Shown here piece by piece: positions 12,601 through 22,601 of a stretch of 36,602 nucleotides of DNA. Source of the DNA: Paraspadella gotoi. Taxonomy: Eukaryota > Animalia > Chaetognatha. How positions within the stretch are numbered: position 1 is the first letter of the stretch; every line of letters starts with the position of its first letter. The stretch lies in NCBI GenBank assembly GCA_051294375.1, contig CM119270.1:797584-834185 (forward strand), in the 5' to 3' direction. Under the pieces are notes generated by a model. It saw nothing but the letters and a program-made list of their open reading frames with translations, was not told where the DNA came from and made no database searches. Made by a program: the position numbers and the translations under genes.

Positions 12601-12749
12601 CTATTCTACTTTTGTTAAAAAAGCTCATAACTTTGTTAATTTAGTTAACTTTTGGTAAATAGGTAAGGTATTATGAAAATGGTGCAACCGATATAAAAAT
12701 TATCCATTAATTTATTAAATAAGCTATCTTGTGCCTGACTTTGGTGGAT
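12601..12749 (-). pseudogene. Candidate endogenous nairo/arenavirus-like L polymerase fragment
   Basis: Translates IHQSQAQDSLFNKLMDNFYIGCTIFIIPYL. NKxMDNFxxGC (12684-12716) matches the recalled orthonairovirus L motif NKEMDNFDEGC. Homologous to 31800-31900 on the opposite strand. Confidence 0.5.
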
Positions 12750-12782
12750 TAAGATTAAGATTAAGATTAAGATTAAGATCTT
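12749..12782. repeat. (TTAAGA)n hexanucleotide microsatellite
   Basis: About 5 perfect units. Confidence 0.9.
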
Positions 12783-13214
12783 AACCGGCATTTTTTGTAT
12801 CATACTTTTGTAATATGTAATATGTCATATGGAGTCACGCGACCACCTTATTCATAACCTAAAATTCAATACTGACGTATTTTAAATAACTCTTGGCAGA
12901 CTTATAAGGTATCATAAGGAGTCAAAACATTTCAGTTTATATTAAAAGTAAACTTCATTGTCTAAAAAAATTATTTTTTTTGTTTTCTAATTGTTGTTAT
13001 TGAAACTTTGTGCATGAGTCATCAACCATCGAACGTTTGTTATACATATACATATTTTTATAGTCATGTAGTTACGCAATAACTCAGAAATACTGGTGAA
13101 AAGAAAGTCACTGAGGTGCAACACATTAAAAAGGACCGATCCTATTTTTTTCCTTCCCCCGACGTCGACAACATTTTTTCTTCTTCTTCCCAAATGGGTT
13201 CTCGTTTTTCACCT

Positions 13215-13263
<49 letters not shown>

Positions 13264-13312
13264 AATTCACTTCCGCCTCGCGTCATCTGCATAAACCATC
13301 TTCGCTTCTCTG

Positions 13313-13462
13313 CTTTTCTTTTCTTTTCTTTTCTTTTCTTTTCTTTTCTTTTCTTTTCGTTTCTTTTCCTTTCTTTTCTTTTCTTTTCTTTTCTTTTCTT
13401 TTCTTTTCTTTTCTTTTCTTTTCTTTTCTTTTCTTTTCTTTTCTTTTCTTTTCTTTTCTTTT
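13313..13462. repeat. (TTTTC)n pentanucleotide microsatellite
   Basis: About 30 near-perfect units; noisy copy at about 7615-7760. Confidence 0.95.
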
Positions 13463-13675
13463 CGTTCCTTTTCTCTTCTATTCTTTTTTGTATTCTTTTC
13501 TTTCTTACCTTTCGTAATCTTAATAAAAATTGTTTTTTTCTTTATTTAATTTATTATTTATTTTATATTCCTCTCTATCACACTTTACCGCATCCAAATC
13601 CGTCTTCTTAGCTCTCCGAGTGGAATCGGACCAAATAGGGGAGAATGTTCTCTCCTCATCTCTCTCTCTTCTCTC

Positions 13676-13710
<35 letters not shown>

Positions 13711-14196
13711 TCGTCTCTCTCTCTCTCTCTCGTCTCGGCTAATCCATCAGGTCCGGACTTAAAACTTCGTCACTCAGCTTTTTTTTGCTTGCCACCCCAT
13801 AACATCATCATACATGCGCGGGTCGTCTTCAATTCGTGTCGTCGGGTCGTCGTCGTCGTGCGTCGCGTAGTCGTCATCACCAATCGCCTTACCTTGACAA
13901 CGCGATTCGACCGGGCGGTGACAAGATTCGTGGCGTCGCTTCAATATTGCGCTCTTTCCTTCACTCCCTGTCTCTCTTTCTCTTTTCCCTATCTCGCCAT
14001 CTTTTCTCCTCTTCTCTTCCTCCGCATCTCGATTCTCTCTCTTTTTTTTTGCCTCACTGCTCCTTCACTCCCTCTGCTCTCTTTCTCTTTTTCCCTACTC
14101 CCTCTCTCGTCTTCTCTCTCTCTTTTCCGTCCCTCCTCCATTCACTCCCTCTCTCTCTTTTGCTCTTTTTCCCTACTCTCCATCGGCGCTTCCTCT

Positions 14197-14230
<34 letters not shown>

Positions 14231-14644
14231 CTTTCCTTTCTCGCCTCCTGCACTCCCTCTCTCCTCTTTTTTGTTTTTCTTTACTCCGCTCTTTCTCTCT
14301 CTCCTGCTTTCTGCCTCTCTCGCCTCCTTCACAACTGCACTCTCTCCTCTTTGTTTCTTTTTTCACTACTCCCTCTTTTCTCTCTCTTTTACCGTCTCTC
14401 TCCTCTCTCTCTCTCTCCTTCTCTCTTCTCCTCTCTCTCCTTTTTCCTCTTCCTGCCTTTACTCCCTATCTTCTCTTTCTTTTTTTCCCTACTGCCCTCT
14501 CTGGCAGAAAAGTCGCGCAAAAAATTTTTTTGAAGTCGAATCTCTCTCTCTCTCTCTCCCGCTATTTTCGGTGCTGTTGACGTTTCCTAGGAGGTTGCTT
14601 TTTTGTCGTCGTGTCGTCGTGTCGTCGTCGTTAGTCTTATCTCA

Positions 14645-14990
14645 TCTCAAAATCATCAGAAACTAAATCTCAATCATCAGAATCTAAATCTCAATCATCA
14701 GAATCTAAATCTAAATGTTCAGAATCTAAATCTATATCATTAAAAACTAAATATAAATCTAAATCTTTATAATAAATACATAAAAGATTAGAATATAAAT
14801 TTAAATCTATATAATAGATTCTCAATAAAAATTTATTTTGTCAAAATCTAAATCTAAAATAAATTAAATATAAATCTAAATGAAAATCATAAAATTCCAG
14901 ATCTAAATCTAAATAATTAAAATTCAAATCTAAATCAAAATTATCAAAATCTAAATCTTAATTTGACTCCTCAGAATCTAATCAGAATCT
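14645..14990. repeat. Degenerate (AAATCT)n-type AT-rich repeat
   Basis: Recurrent aatctaaatct/aatcatcagaatct; noisy copy at about 8940-9290. Confidence 0.8.
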
Positions 14991-15540
14991 TCGAAATCGA
15001 AATTGTCAACTTACTCTTCCTCCTCTCTCACTTCCTCCACTTCTTCCTCCTCCTCCCTCCTCTCTTCCTCCCCCTATCTTCTTTCTCCTCTTACACTTCC
15101 TAGTCTCCTCCTTCTCCCCCTCCTCCCTCTCCTCTCCTCCTGCCCCTTCTCCTCTTCCCCCTCCTCTCTTCCTCCCCCCTCCTCTTCTTCCTCCTCCCCC
15201 TTCTCCTCCTCTTCCTCTTCCCACTCTCTCATCTTTCAGTGGAATCCTCAACCCATATTTTTGAAATTGAAGATCCTAAATTTTCAAAAATGCCCTTTTC
15301 TCTCTTTTTTTTATGAATTCGAATCAACCAAAAAATTTATCGAGAAGAATTCGCCTTCGTCGTCGTTGTCGTCGTTGGCGTCATCATCGTCGTCTTCGTC
15401 GTCGTTCTCGTCGTCGTCGTAGTTGTCGTCGTTGTCGTCATCTTCGTCGTCGTCGTAGTTCTCCTAGTTCATATTAAATGAAATTCTCTCTCTTTTTTTC
15501 AATCAATATCAATTTCTTTTCTCGCGATAACCTATATTTT

Positions 15541-15629
<89 letters not shown>

Positions 15630-15750
15630 CTCATTCCTTTTTTCTCTCTCCTCTCCCTGTTTTTATTCCCTCTTCCCTTCTCCCTCCTCCCTCTCCCTAT
15701 ACCTTTCTCTGTCTCCCTCAGTCCCTCTATCTCTCTCACCACTTAGTGTT

Positions 15751-16114
15751 TAATAGATAGAAATTAATAGATAGAAATTAATAAATACAAATCAATAGAT
15801 AGAAATTATTAGATAGAAAGTAATAGATAGAAATTAATAGATAAAAAGTAATAGATAAAAAGTAATAGATAGAAATTAATAGATAGAAATTATTAGATAG
15901 AAATTAATAGATAGAAATTATTAGATAGAAATTAATAGATAAAAATTATTTGATAGAAATTAATAGATAGAAATTAATAGATAGAAATTAATAGATAGAA
16001 ATTATTAGATAGAAATTAATAAATAGAAATTATTAGATAGAAATAAATAGATAGAAATTAATAGATAGAAATTATTAGATAGAAATTAATAGATAGAAAG
16101 TAATAGATAGAAAT
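15751..16114. repeat. AT-rich 14-15 bp satellite (AATAGATAGAAATT / ATTAGATAGAAATT)
   Basis: About 25 tandem units read directly. Confidence 0.95.
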
Positions 16115-16913
16115 TCCTCAGAGATTTTTCGTTTTTCGTCATAAACAAAAAACAATCATTGGCTGATACTTAACCGCGAAGCTTTTGTTTATTTAATATT
16201 TAATTATGTAGTTAATTCTCTATATAATTTTATTTTTTGAAAATTATTAGAATTAGTTGCATAAAAAGTTAGTTATTTCGTAACAACCTGCATAAAAATT
16301 TGCCAAAAAAACGGCCCTATTCTCCTAAAACGACCTATTTTGTACAGAAATAAGACGGTTTTCAAAGTTTAAAAAAATTAGGTTAAGAATAAAAATTAGG
16401 TTAGGCTTTAAGGTTAAATATTAGGTTTGATTGGGGATAAGGTTAAGATTTAAGTTAAGATTTCATTTAGCATTTAACAAAGTATTAGGGTTAAATTTTA
16501 AGGTTAAAATCAACTTCCGAAATTAAAAACCGAATTGGGGCACTTTTAGATAATAGTACCACTAATCTTTAACCAAATTCCTAATCCTTATTCCCTAATC
16601 CTTAATAATAAAAACCAACTAAGTTGTCGTCGTTTTCAGTTCTGGATTAAATGAGGGTAGCATTGAATTGACTGACGAAGAGGAAGAGGACGACGACGAC
16701 GATGACGACGATGAAGACGACGACGACGATGACGACGATGCAGACGACGACGACGACGTCGACGAAAAACAACTGTGAAGTATAAAGAATCGAATGTCAC
16801 CAAAAGACAGATCTGCGCGAGGAATTCCCAAAAGAAAAAAAATGAATAGATAAATAAAATCTATTAAAAAAATTAAAGATTTCAGATTTTAAAAAAATTA
16901 AATTTTGATAAAA

Positions 16914-17328
16914 ATGCTTCAGTCACATCAAAATCGCCGCCCAAATCCCGGTCCAAATCTTGGTCCAAATCCCGGTCCAAATCCTGGTTCAAATTTCGGT
17001 GCAAATCCCGGTCCAAATCTTGGTCCAAATCCCGGCCTAAATTTCGGCGTGCCTCCCGGCGTATCGGCCCTTCCCGTCCATCCGGCTTCGTCAATATCGT
17101 TTTCCCCAAACTTTTCCGGCAACTCCCTCTATCTTCTCGGCCAATCTCCGGCGCTGCAACCCACAGTCTTTCCTTCAGCGCCTCCCGTCCCGGCACCGCA
17201 TTCCGGTCCCTCGGCGCCGACTCATTTCTCGGCACCGGATAATCTTGGAACGCCGACCGGACGCTTTCCGCCTTTTCAAGCTCAGCAGTTAACTCCGGAA
17301 CCAACGATCCTCGCGCATTTTCCTCAGG
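16914..17328 (+). CDS. CD225/dispanin-family proline-rich membrane protein, exon 1 (or internal exon starting at 16923)
   Basis: Open frame MLQSHQNRRPNPGPNLG...TILAHFPQ with synonymous variation in the 12-bp repeat. Phase-1 donor CAGG|GTTGGT at 17328/17329 joins in frame to exon 2. An alternative acceptor cttcag| sits at 16922. Confidence 0.7.
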
Positions 17329-17653
17329 GTTGGTCGTTTGAAAAAGTCATTCATAATCGGATAGAGAAAGTTTAAATTTATTATCATACTTTCAATATCA
17401 ATAGCTAAATATTGTTAGCTTTTATTTGTTTTTTTTTATTTAGTAAAATTTATTTTTATGTGGATTAAAATGTGCTTCTTGTGTTAATTATCCGAGAAAA
17501 AGATTATAATAAAAAACAATTTTTATTAGCTAGTGTATGTATTTATCGAATTTTATATAAACAATTTTTCGCATTGTTTTTTTAAAGTCAAATTTGGAGC
17601 CTTCTCAAAATTAGCGGTCTTTTAATTTTACAACAAATCCCCGGTTTTCCCAG

Positions 17654-17946
17654 CACCGCCTTCGGCACCGCACCCAGCACCGCATCCTCCCGGCCCCGTC
17701 TCCTCCCGCTCGGCGCCGTCTCATCTCCGCTGCGCCATCTGCGTCGCCCTCTGCTGCTGTCCAGCGTTTGGCGCCGCCGCCATCGTCCACGCCGTCGAGT
17801 GTCGCCGACAGCGCCGCCTAGGAAACGCCGTCGCCGCCATCGAGAGAGGTCGTCGGGCGGCGCTTCTTTCCGGCGTCGGGTTCGTCGTCGGCATCGTCTT
17901 ATTCGTCGCTATCGTCGTTTTGTCCGCTCGATTCCTCGGGCGATAA
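17654..17946 (+). CDS. CD225/dispanin domain exon (PRRT1/IFITM-like), terminal exon
   Basis: Acceptor ttttcccag| at 17653. Reads (A)PPSAPHPAPHPPGPVSSRSAPSHLRCAICVALCCCPAFGAAAIVHAVECRRQRRLGNAVAAIERGRRAALLSGVGFVVGIVLFVAIVVLSARFLGR*. It has the PxHL..AI...LCC..FG.AAI motif, a basic loop and a C-terminal TM helix typical of CD225. Spliced CDS is 708 nt, 235 aa. Confidence 0.85.
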
Positions 17947-18303
17947 CGAAATCTTCATGCGCTGTTTTTCGAAAACGCCCCATATCTGCTCCTTTGTCCC
18001 GAAACTTTATTTAGTCGCGCTGGATTTATACTAATTTAACGCTAATATTACTAATGCTTGATTTGTATTTATGCCTCNNNNNNNNNNATGCCTCCCTGTG
18101 TAAAACCCTTTTCTTTTAATTTGAAAACTTTTCTTTTTTTAATATTTCTTTTGTTAATATTTTTTATATTCATAGTGAAGAGACAGTAATTATTGTTATG
18201 TGTTAGTGACAGAACCGTTCAATATAAGCAGTCCCTAAGCTTCGGATCAGGCTGTAACACCGTGTTACAGGCGGGTTAAGCGCCCCGTCCCTCTTAACTG
18301 CTA

Positions 18304-18376
18304 GGCGGCCACCAGGCTAGAACCCCGGACCTTTGGGTTGGGAGGCGATTGACTTGCCTCCGGCACCAATGGCTGC
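18304..18376 (-). mobile_element. tRNA-derived (Gly-CCC-like) SINE head or tRNA pseudogene
   Basis: 72-nt tRNA-sized unit with acceptor stem GCAGCCA/TGGCCGC (6/7 paired), A-box-like TGGTGCCGGAGG, loop CTCCCAA and B-box-like GGTTCTAGCC. The anticodon stem does not pair, so it is not a functional tRNA. Confidence 0.5.
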
Positions 18377-18465
18377 TGATGAACGGTTGGTGGATTTTAG
18401 ACCACCATAATAGTTTGATTTACTTAAAATGGGGATGAGCATCGTTTCTAAACTATTTAGTATTT

Positions 18466-19010
18466 TTAAATAGCCCCACCCTTACGCTTGCGAGGCCTGT
18501 AGGGACGGAGAGCGGGACTACGCGGACTGCCACGCCCACGCTTGCGGCTAGCAGAACAGGCGCAATTGTTTGGTGCCCCGGAGCGGAAAAGCGAAGAATG
18601 GAACTCTCGAGTGACGTCTGTGGAGCGGTCTCCGAAAAGGAACGCCCGTGGGAGGGCGGAGAACTGGACAGAACTCGTCTTGAGAATGCCGAAGGGGGCG
18701 CCGTCGACGCACCATGCGCCGAGAAATTCGGAGGCAGGGCCGCGTAGCGCTCAAAATCGCGAGCCGGCCCGCGAAACGCCGCCAAACCGAGGGGTCTCTA
18801 AGGGCCTTGGGCAACGGTCGGTTCAAGAGTTGGCCAGTGTCGCACGTGCCACGGGCAGGCCCTGCCGAGCCAAGAGCCTCGACCGATTGAAGGCGGAGAG
18901 CATTGCAGCGACAAAAAGAACGAGCATGAGCGACTCCCGGGGTCCTCATGATGCCCCAAAGACTTTGAAGGCGCGGTGCGCGTACGTCTTTGGAGTCGCT
19001 GCCGTCTCGC
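18466..19010 (-). mobile_element. DIRS1-like retrotransposon gag fragment (noisy copy, includes basic C-terminus)
   Basis: Indel-rich copy of 20198-20600; continues ...RKRGRGSPRSPALRPYRPRKRKGGAI* to a stop at 18466-18468. Confidence 0.5.
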
Positions 19011-20088
19011 CCCTATCGTCATCGAGATAGATCTAGTCAAAGAGCTCCTTCTGTCTGTCTCTCCTCTCTCTCTTCCTCTCTCTCTCTCGTTCTTGCCTCT
19101 CTCGTCTCTCTCTCTTCTGCTCCTCTACATCTCCTCTCTCTCTCTCTGCCACTCTCTTTCCTCACCCCAGATTTCTAGTCAAAAATCTCTCTCTCTCTGT
19201 CCTCTCTCTCTCTCTGTCTCTACTATCCTCTCCTCTCTCTCTCTCCTCGTGTCAGTCTCTCTCTCTCTCGCCTCTGCTCTTCTCTCCTCCTCTTCTCTTC
19301 TCGTCTCTCCCCTATCTCTGTCTCTCTGCTCTCTCGGTCTCTGTATCGCGCTCTCTCTCTCTCTCTCTCTCTCGTCTCTCCTCTCTTCTTCTTTTTTCAT
19401 TTCGCCATTTCCTGCGTTTTATTTATTTAATGAATTTTTAATTGTTTTTTTTATTTCTTTACATTACTTGTAGATGTCATAAAATTTATCCGCCATGTTA
19501 ATAACGGGCGCCCTCTCTTAGCGATGCTGGTGCCGTTGTAAATGTGTTTTTATTAACATTATGAGGGGCAGGAATAAATCCCCAAGTCAAGATCAAATCA
19601 ATCTCTCTCTCTCTCTCTCGGGCTCTCGTCTGCTCGTCTCTCTCTCTCTCCCCGTCATCTGCATCGACGACTAGATTCGTAGTCAAAATTCTCTGTCTTT
19701 GCCCTCTCCGTCGTCTCTGCCGTCCCTCTGCTCTTTTCCCCGCTAGATTCTAGTCAAAGAGTCTCTCGTCTCTTCCCGGATGCCCTCTCTCGCGTCTCCC
19801 GCGCTCTCTCTTGTTCCTGCTCGCTAGATTCTCAGTTCAAATCTCTCTCTCTCGTGCTTGTCCTGCCACGCGTTTCGGGCAATCATTTTCGTGCGGATCT
19901 TTTGTCATTCTTTTGTCAATTCCTTTTGTGCATGGTGCTTGTTGTCGTAATTTGGCGAGACTCATGATCAAGTCTTTAGTTCGTTGTTTTAAGGGACTTA
20001 GCAATAGTAGCATCGGGCCCGACCTGATACTTGAGTTCTTTACACAGATTGTTTTTTAACATTTTTTTTTTGTAAAATACAGTGTCAC
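18551..20088 (+). repeat. Tandem near-duplicate of 20198-21725
   Basis: Collinear from gcagaacaggcgcaa to tttttgtaaaa; indel-dominated differences; separated by 25-N and 10-N gaps. Confidence 0.85.
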
Positions 20089-20197
20089 NNNNNNNNNNNN
20101 NNNNNNNNNNNNNCCGCCAAACCCGACGAGGCGTCTCTAAGGGGCTTGGCAAGGTCGTCAAGGTGGCCAGTGTCCACTGCACCAGGCNNNNNNNNNN

Positions 20198-20600
20198 GCA
20201 GAACAGGCGCAATGGTTTGGTGCCCCGGAGCGGAAAAGCGAAGAATGTAACTCTCGAGTGACGTCTGTGGAGCGGTCTCCGAAAAGGAACGCCGTGGAGG
20301 GCGGAGAACTGGACAGAACTGTCTTGAGATCCGAAGGGGCAGCGTCGACCACCATGCGCCGAGAATCGGAGAGGGCCGTGCCAAAAATCGCCGCCAAACC
20401 CGACGAGGCGTCTCTAAAGGGCTTGGCAAGGTCGTCAAGGTGGCCAGCGTCCACTGCACCAGGCCCCTCCGAGCGAAGAGCCTCGACCATGAGGCGGAGA
20501 GCATCAGCGACAGAAAGAACAGCATGAGCGGACTCTCCGGGATCTCTCATGATGCGCTCCAAAGACTTGAAAGGGCGCGTCGTCTTGGAGTCGCTCTCTC
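20198..20600 (-). mobile_element. DIRS1-like retrotransposon gag (LAP2alpha-like) fragment
   Basis: ORF 20158..20562: FRDASSGLAAIFGTALSDSRRMVVDAAPSDLKTVLSSSPPSTAFLFGD fits the DA..L......S..RR.......LK..L...P....LFG pattern of DIRS1 Gag. A third sub-copy lies at 20114-20187. Confidence 0.55.
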
Positions 20601-21789
20601 CCCCTCATCTCATCGAGACTAGATTCTAGTCAAAATCTCTCGTGTCTTGACTCTCTTCGTCTGCTCTCTAGTCCCATGCTCTTTCTCATTCTCTCTGCTC
20701 TCATCTCGTCATGCTCTCTCTCTCTGCTCCTCATCCCTCTCTCTCTCTCTGCCACTCTCTTTCTGCCCCCCCAGATTCTAGTGCAAAAATCTCTCTCTCG
20801 GTGGTCTCTTCTCTCTCTCTGCTCTCACCCCCCGTCGGTCGTTCGTTCAGCTCTCTCCCGCTCTGCTCTTCTCTTCTCACCTCTTCTCGATCTGCCTCTC
20901 CCATCTCCTGCTCTCGCGTCTCTCGGTCTGCTGTTCATCGCCTCTCTCTCTCTTCTCTTCTCGTCTCAGCCCTAATTCTTCTTCTCTCCATTTCCCATTG
21001 GTCCTGCGTTCTCTATTGCTATTTATCCGATTCGTCTCTAATCTGTTCTTTCTTTTATTTTTTACATTACGGCATTTCAGTATAGTCAATAAGAGATTTT
21101 ATCCGCATGTTTATAATTTAACGGCGTACTTGTATGTACGATAATATCCATAGAGGCTCGCTACGTCGTGTGATTGTAAATGTGTTTTAATATTAACATT
21201 AAATGAGGGGCAGGAATAAATCCCCAAGTCAAGATCAAATCAAATCTCTCTCTCTCTCGGGCTCTCGTCTGCTCTCTCTCATCTCCTGCCCGTACATCTG
21301 GCATCGAAGACTAGATTCGTAGTCAAAATCGTCTCATGTCTTTCCGCTCTCTCTCGTCTTCTGCCGCCTCTCTCTTTTCAACCCCTAGATTTCTAGTCAA
21401 AGAATCTTCTCTCTGCCCGGATGCCCTCTCTCCGTCTCCCCGTCTCTCTCCCTTGATTCTAGTCCTAATTCTCGCAATCTCTCTCTTCGTGCTGTCCTGC
21501 CAGCGCGTATCGGGCCAAATCATTTCGTGCGGTATTTTTCGTGCTTCTTTTGTCAATTCATTTTTGTAGCATGTGCTTGTTGTCGTAATTTGCGAAGACT
21601 CATGATGCAATTGTCTTTAGTTCAGTTGTTGTAAGAGCTTATGTAATAGTAGCATCGGCCACGCCTGAACTTGTAGTTCTTTACACAGATTGTTTTTTAA
21701 AACATTTTTTTTTTTGTAAAAATAATGCAAGTTACTAAAACACTTCATCTCTACTTTTTCATTGCATACAATTTTATCTGGCGATATTC

Positions 21790-22000
21790 AAGCGAAAAGA
21801 TTTCATGAAAAGACCTCCGTTCAAGACTTTGCAAGGGCGCCAGCGGAACGACGCTGGAACGCTTAGATATACACGAGCGTGAAAAATCCCAAGATATTGT
21901 CACACGCCTCCTTTTCCTTCAAACTTCCAATTATTACTGCCAAACAAACTGAATTTAGCTCAGCAGACGAATTCTTTAAACGTCATTACAAGCGCAAGGA
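21790..22000 (+). CDS. Candidate sushi/CCP-domain exon (frameshifted by read errors)
   Basis: ...CKG..W..[RYCHTPPFPSNFQLLLPNKLN..QQTNSLNVI]; YCxxPP start of a CCP module at 21895; partial duplicate at 22635-22730. Confidence 0.3.
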
Positions 22001-22601
22001 GTATAATTTTAGTTTTATAATTTTAGTAAATTTTAATAATTTTTTAAAAATAATCATAGACGAATTATTAATTTTTTTTCACGTCAATTCTTTTCGGGCT
22101 CCTTCACACTACCCGACCGTTGCCACGCCCCTTGCCCCCTCAAAACCGCCTTAGCCCCCCTCATCCCTCTACCTCTAACCCGCTTAACCCCTCTACCAAG
22201 CCCACCACTTACCTCTTACTCGACCTTCCCGCTCCTTATCTATCTTTTTCTCAGACTCACCTTCTCTAATCTCATTATTCCTTTCAACAGAAAAACTTTT
22301 TTTTTAAAAAAAATTGCGCTGTCGCCTTCATAATAAATGTCTGTTCCTTCCCCTTCCTTGCCCATTATTTGGTCTTTGCTGGACCCTTGGAATTTCTCTC
22401 TCTCGTCTCTTGCTCAGTCTCTCAGATCTCAATCTGCATCTTCTCATCGCTCTCGTCATCTGCTCGTCGTCTTCTACTCTCCTCTTTTTCTCCATCCTCC
22501 GCCGTACAAAAAAAAAGGGTCAGGGAATGACGCCTTGGATAGGTTTTTCCGGGCCAGGTGTGCGGGGCGGCCAAAACTACTGCCGCTGCCCTGCTGCGGC
22601 C
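21907..22601 (+). repeat. Tandem near-duplicate of 22637-23308
   Basis: Collinear, indel-rich, separated by a 25-N gap. Confidence 0.85.

Noticed and set aside
8072-14666. Long Ser/Leu/Phe-rich ORFs (251, 311, 276 aa) and similar ORFs at 23990, 34372 and 35837-36566
   Set aside because: Translations of (CT)n, (TTTTC)n and polypurine tracts that lack stop codons by composition.
15340-15460. Poly-Asp/poly-Ser exon (also 32580-32665)
   Set aside because: Indistinguishable from the degenerate (GAC/GTC)n microsatellites that are pervasive in this window.
16882-17304. Minus-strand ORF with DLDQ/DLDR repeats
   Set aside because: Antisense shadow of dispanin exon 1; the + frame splices in phase to the CD225 exon.
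17799-18014. Arg-rich protamine-like ORF
   Set aside because: Alternative frame of the CD225 exon; the CD225 frame has the family motifs and splice support.
18376-18452. CTGATGA as a hammerhead core
   Set aside because: No GAAA on the same strand after a stem II; the GAAAC is on the opposite strand. The ctgatgaaac at about 6080 (minus) also lacks stem II.
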